DNA from: Hypanus sabinus
Taxonomy: Eukaryota
Assembly (NCBI RefSeq): GCF_030144855.1
Contig: NC_082706.1
Location: 106,702,001 to 106,766,000, forward strand
Direction of reading: 5' to 3'
DNA: 64,000 nucleotides
The notes beneath the pieces were generated by a model that saw only the letters and a program-made list of their open reading frames with translations, was not told the DNA's origin and searched no databases. The position numbers and the translations under genes were made by a program. Below, in pieces: positions 61,301 through 64,000 of the stretch (the stretch's first letter is position 1; every line of letters starts with the position of its first letter).

Positions 61301-62779
61301 AAAAGCAAGTTATTACCTGAGGGTCTATGTTAGGCGGGACAGAGGAGCAAAGGGATCACGGATTGCAGATACAAAAAGCATTACAAGTTGCAACTAAAGT
61401 TGATTTCCTGAGGAGTAGAATTGTTCTAAAATTGGTCCGCTGATCCTCGCTTAGACCATAAGCGATTCTCATAGACACAGCACGGAAGAACAGCCCCAGC
61501 CGGCGTGACTAATTAACGTCAATTTATCTATTCCTACCATGTTCTTCCAACATTCCCATAAATTCTCCCCAGGTTCTACCACTCACCTACACACTAGCAG
61601 GGATTTTTTTTTAGCGGCCATTTTTTAACCTACCAATCCGCATGTTTTCAGGCTGCGGGGTAAAAGGGAAGCGCTCGGCCGCTCACAGGGAGAACATTTC
61701 AAACTCCGCGCAGACAACTAGGCCAGATCAAGCGCTGGTAGCTAGAGTTTTGAGGTAGCAGCTTTACTGTCCGCGCCACTGGATAACCATCATATTATGA
61801 AGACGATCTGCAGAAAGGTGGGGAGAGAGGGGCGCAGAGAAACGTTATAGAAAATGTACGGCATTCAAATAGCTGATAAACAAATTGAGTTCCATTTGAG
61901 CAAAATATATTGGTTAGTAAGAGGACCATACAATTACGAAATAGTTTGTTAGTATAGACACAGGAAAATGTCCTGCGGTTATACTATAGCCAAAGGTCAT
62001 TAAAGTAAGGTCAACACGAAATCCAATTAAAATTCAGTAGAACTGTCTTTTTCCCCAAGGATCCTAATGGACGTAGAACGCTCCTTCAAATGGAGTGATT
62101 AAGTAAATTGTATGGATACACTTAAGACATTCAAAACAAAAATTAATAGGTTTCTAGATATGAGGGGAATCAAGGGATATTTGGGTTGGACAGGAAACGG
62201 ACGTTAAGTTTAAAAAAAAGAAACAGGTTGAATAATGGGGCAACCTCGAGAGGCCAGGTACCCTAATTCTGAATCTTGTGTTGCTTTAGGGTTAGAGTTG
62301 TTATGTTCAAAGTTCAAAGTAAATTTATTATCAAATTATGTATATGTTACCATCCTGAGATTTATTTCCTTGCAGGCATTCACAGTAGAACAAAGAAATA
62401 CAATATAATCAATGGAAAACTACACACAAAATTGATAACTAAAGTTCAAAGTCAATTTTATTATCGGAAGTATACATATATCATCATATACAATCCCAAG
62501 ACTCGTTTTCCTGCGGACATACTCAGCAAATCTGTGGCATAGAAACTATAACAGGATCAATGAAAAGCCAGCCAGAGTGCAGGAGTAAACAAACTGTGCA
62601 AATGCAAATATAAATAAATAGCAATAAATAACAAAAACATGAGATAATGAGATAAAGAGTCTTGAAAGTGAGATTATTGGTTGGAACATCTCAATGGATA
62701 GGCAAGTGAGTGGAGTTCTGTTGAAGTAGTTGCGCGAAAATTTTGATGACTCGGGCAAGTGAAGTTGGGTGAAGTTATT

Positions 62780-63420
62780 CCCATTTGTTTACGAGCCTGA
62801 AGGTTGAGGGATAGTAACTTTTTTTTAACCTGGCGGTGCTAGTCCTGAGGCTCTTGCACCTTCTACCTGGTGGCAACAGTGAGAAAAAAGCATGACCTGG
62901 GCGGTAGCGATTTCTGATGATGGATGCTGCTTTCCTACGATAGTGTTTCATGGTGATGTGCTTAATAGTTGGGAAGGCTTTACCGGTGATATACTAGGCT
63001 GAATCCATTACCTTTTCTAGGATTTCTGTTCAAAAGCATATGTATTTCCATATCAGGTCATGATGCAGCCAGTCAATACACTCTCCACTACACATCTAAA
63101 GGAGTTTGTTGAAGTTTTAGATGTCATGCCGATTCTTCACAAACTCCTACGGAAGTACAAGCGCTACCATGCTTTCTTCACAATTGCACTCATGTGCTAG
63201 ATCCAGGACAGGTCCTCTGAAATAGTAACGGTAATAGTAATTTAAAGTTGCTGACCCTGTCCACCTCTGATCCTCGGATGAGGACTGGCTCATGGACCTT
63301 TGGGTTCCCTCTCCTGAAATCTACAATCAGTTCCTTATTCTTATTGACAATGAGTGAAAGGTTGTTGTTATTACACCACTCGGCCAAGTTTTCAATCTCC
63401 CTCTTGTATGCTAATTATGC
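62780..63420 (-). mobile_element. Rex1/Babar-type LINE RT/C-terminal fragment
   Basis: EWCNNNNLSLIVNKNKELIVDFRR. Confidence 0.75.
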
Positions 63421-63499
63421 AAAAGACAAACTGTGCAAATACTACAATAACAATGATGATCATGATAATAATAATAATAACACAATAGACATTAAAAAT

Positions 63500-64000
63500 C
63501 TACACAACCGTTAGATAGGATAAATTTTAAGATAAGTTTTCACGAACAAATCAGGATTCAGCACTCCACGCGAGAATTTGCAACTCTGGTAAGAAGTACA
63601 CACCACTAAACTAAAATGAGAGCACAACCCAGAAGATGAAGAAATTATCACTATTGAAGAAAAAGTTAACCAATGGAAGAGTATGACCATCCGTAGAAGA
63701 CATCCCCACGGTATGAGCAGTTTAACTCAATCTGGTTACTTTCACAGGAACAATCAAGTGGCAATCATCATTTACCAAAATCTTGTTTTAAAATACAAAC
63801 TCGCAAAAGAGACCAGACCTTACTAAAAATAGAAACTTGATCCAGTTTTAGAGTTAGGGTCTGACAAATTTAATTGTGACCCATCTGTTATTACAGACAG
63901 GACAATCCATTATAACCACACAGATATAATAATTCAGGATTAACAAGCAAGAGTGACTTTCTAAATAGAGATTCCATTCCAAGCATACATGATATACAGA
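63500..64000 (+). mobile_element. Decayed R4/Dong-type non-LTR element, restriction-like endonuclease region
   Basis: GYFHRNNQVAIIIYQNLVLKYKL...ITDRTIHYNHTDIIIQD...IEIP with several stops; resembles the HRHxxVA...PD..D RLE signature. Confidence 0.65.

Noticed and set aside
1-64000. CRISPR arrays, rRNA/tRNA genes, RAG/Transib-like transposase
   Set aside because: No regularly spaced repeat-spacer array and no rRNA. tRNA-like boxes occur only in SINE heads and the PBS. No DDE transposase frame was seen.

Overview
This is vertebrate DNA, most likely from a cartilaginous fish (inferred from the TCR style and the CR1/SINE/Penelope repeat landscape). It holds the 3' part, or possibly all, of a T-cell receptor gamma (TRG) locus on the + strand, which the ORF track shows only in fragments. 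I reconstructed it by hand. There are two V genes, each with a leader exon, an 84-bp intron, a V exon and a 23-RSS (11018-11480 and 39425-39899). Two J segments with 12-RSS lie at 45648-45726 and 45854-45938. A three-exon C gene lies at 52319-52624, 54063-54137 and 56980-57113. All splice phases join in frame to give a complete gamma chain with the YxxLLxKSxxY transmembrane motif. The two V genes are recent paralogues. They are almost identical in leader, FR1, CDR1 and FR2 but differ sharply in CDR2 and the HV4/DE loop. Most of the remaining sequence is nested retroelements: CR1 LINEs (one with an intact ORF2), an L1 fragment, Rex1/Babar and R4-type fragments, a BEL/Pao element, a chromodomain Gypsy, an internally deleted Gypsy with SCAN-like gag, a solo LTR, a Penelope element and SINEs. 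Two segmental duplications are also present. I found no CRISPR array, rRNA or intact tRNA gene. Divergence figures are hand estimates and no database searches were run.
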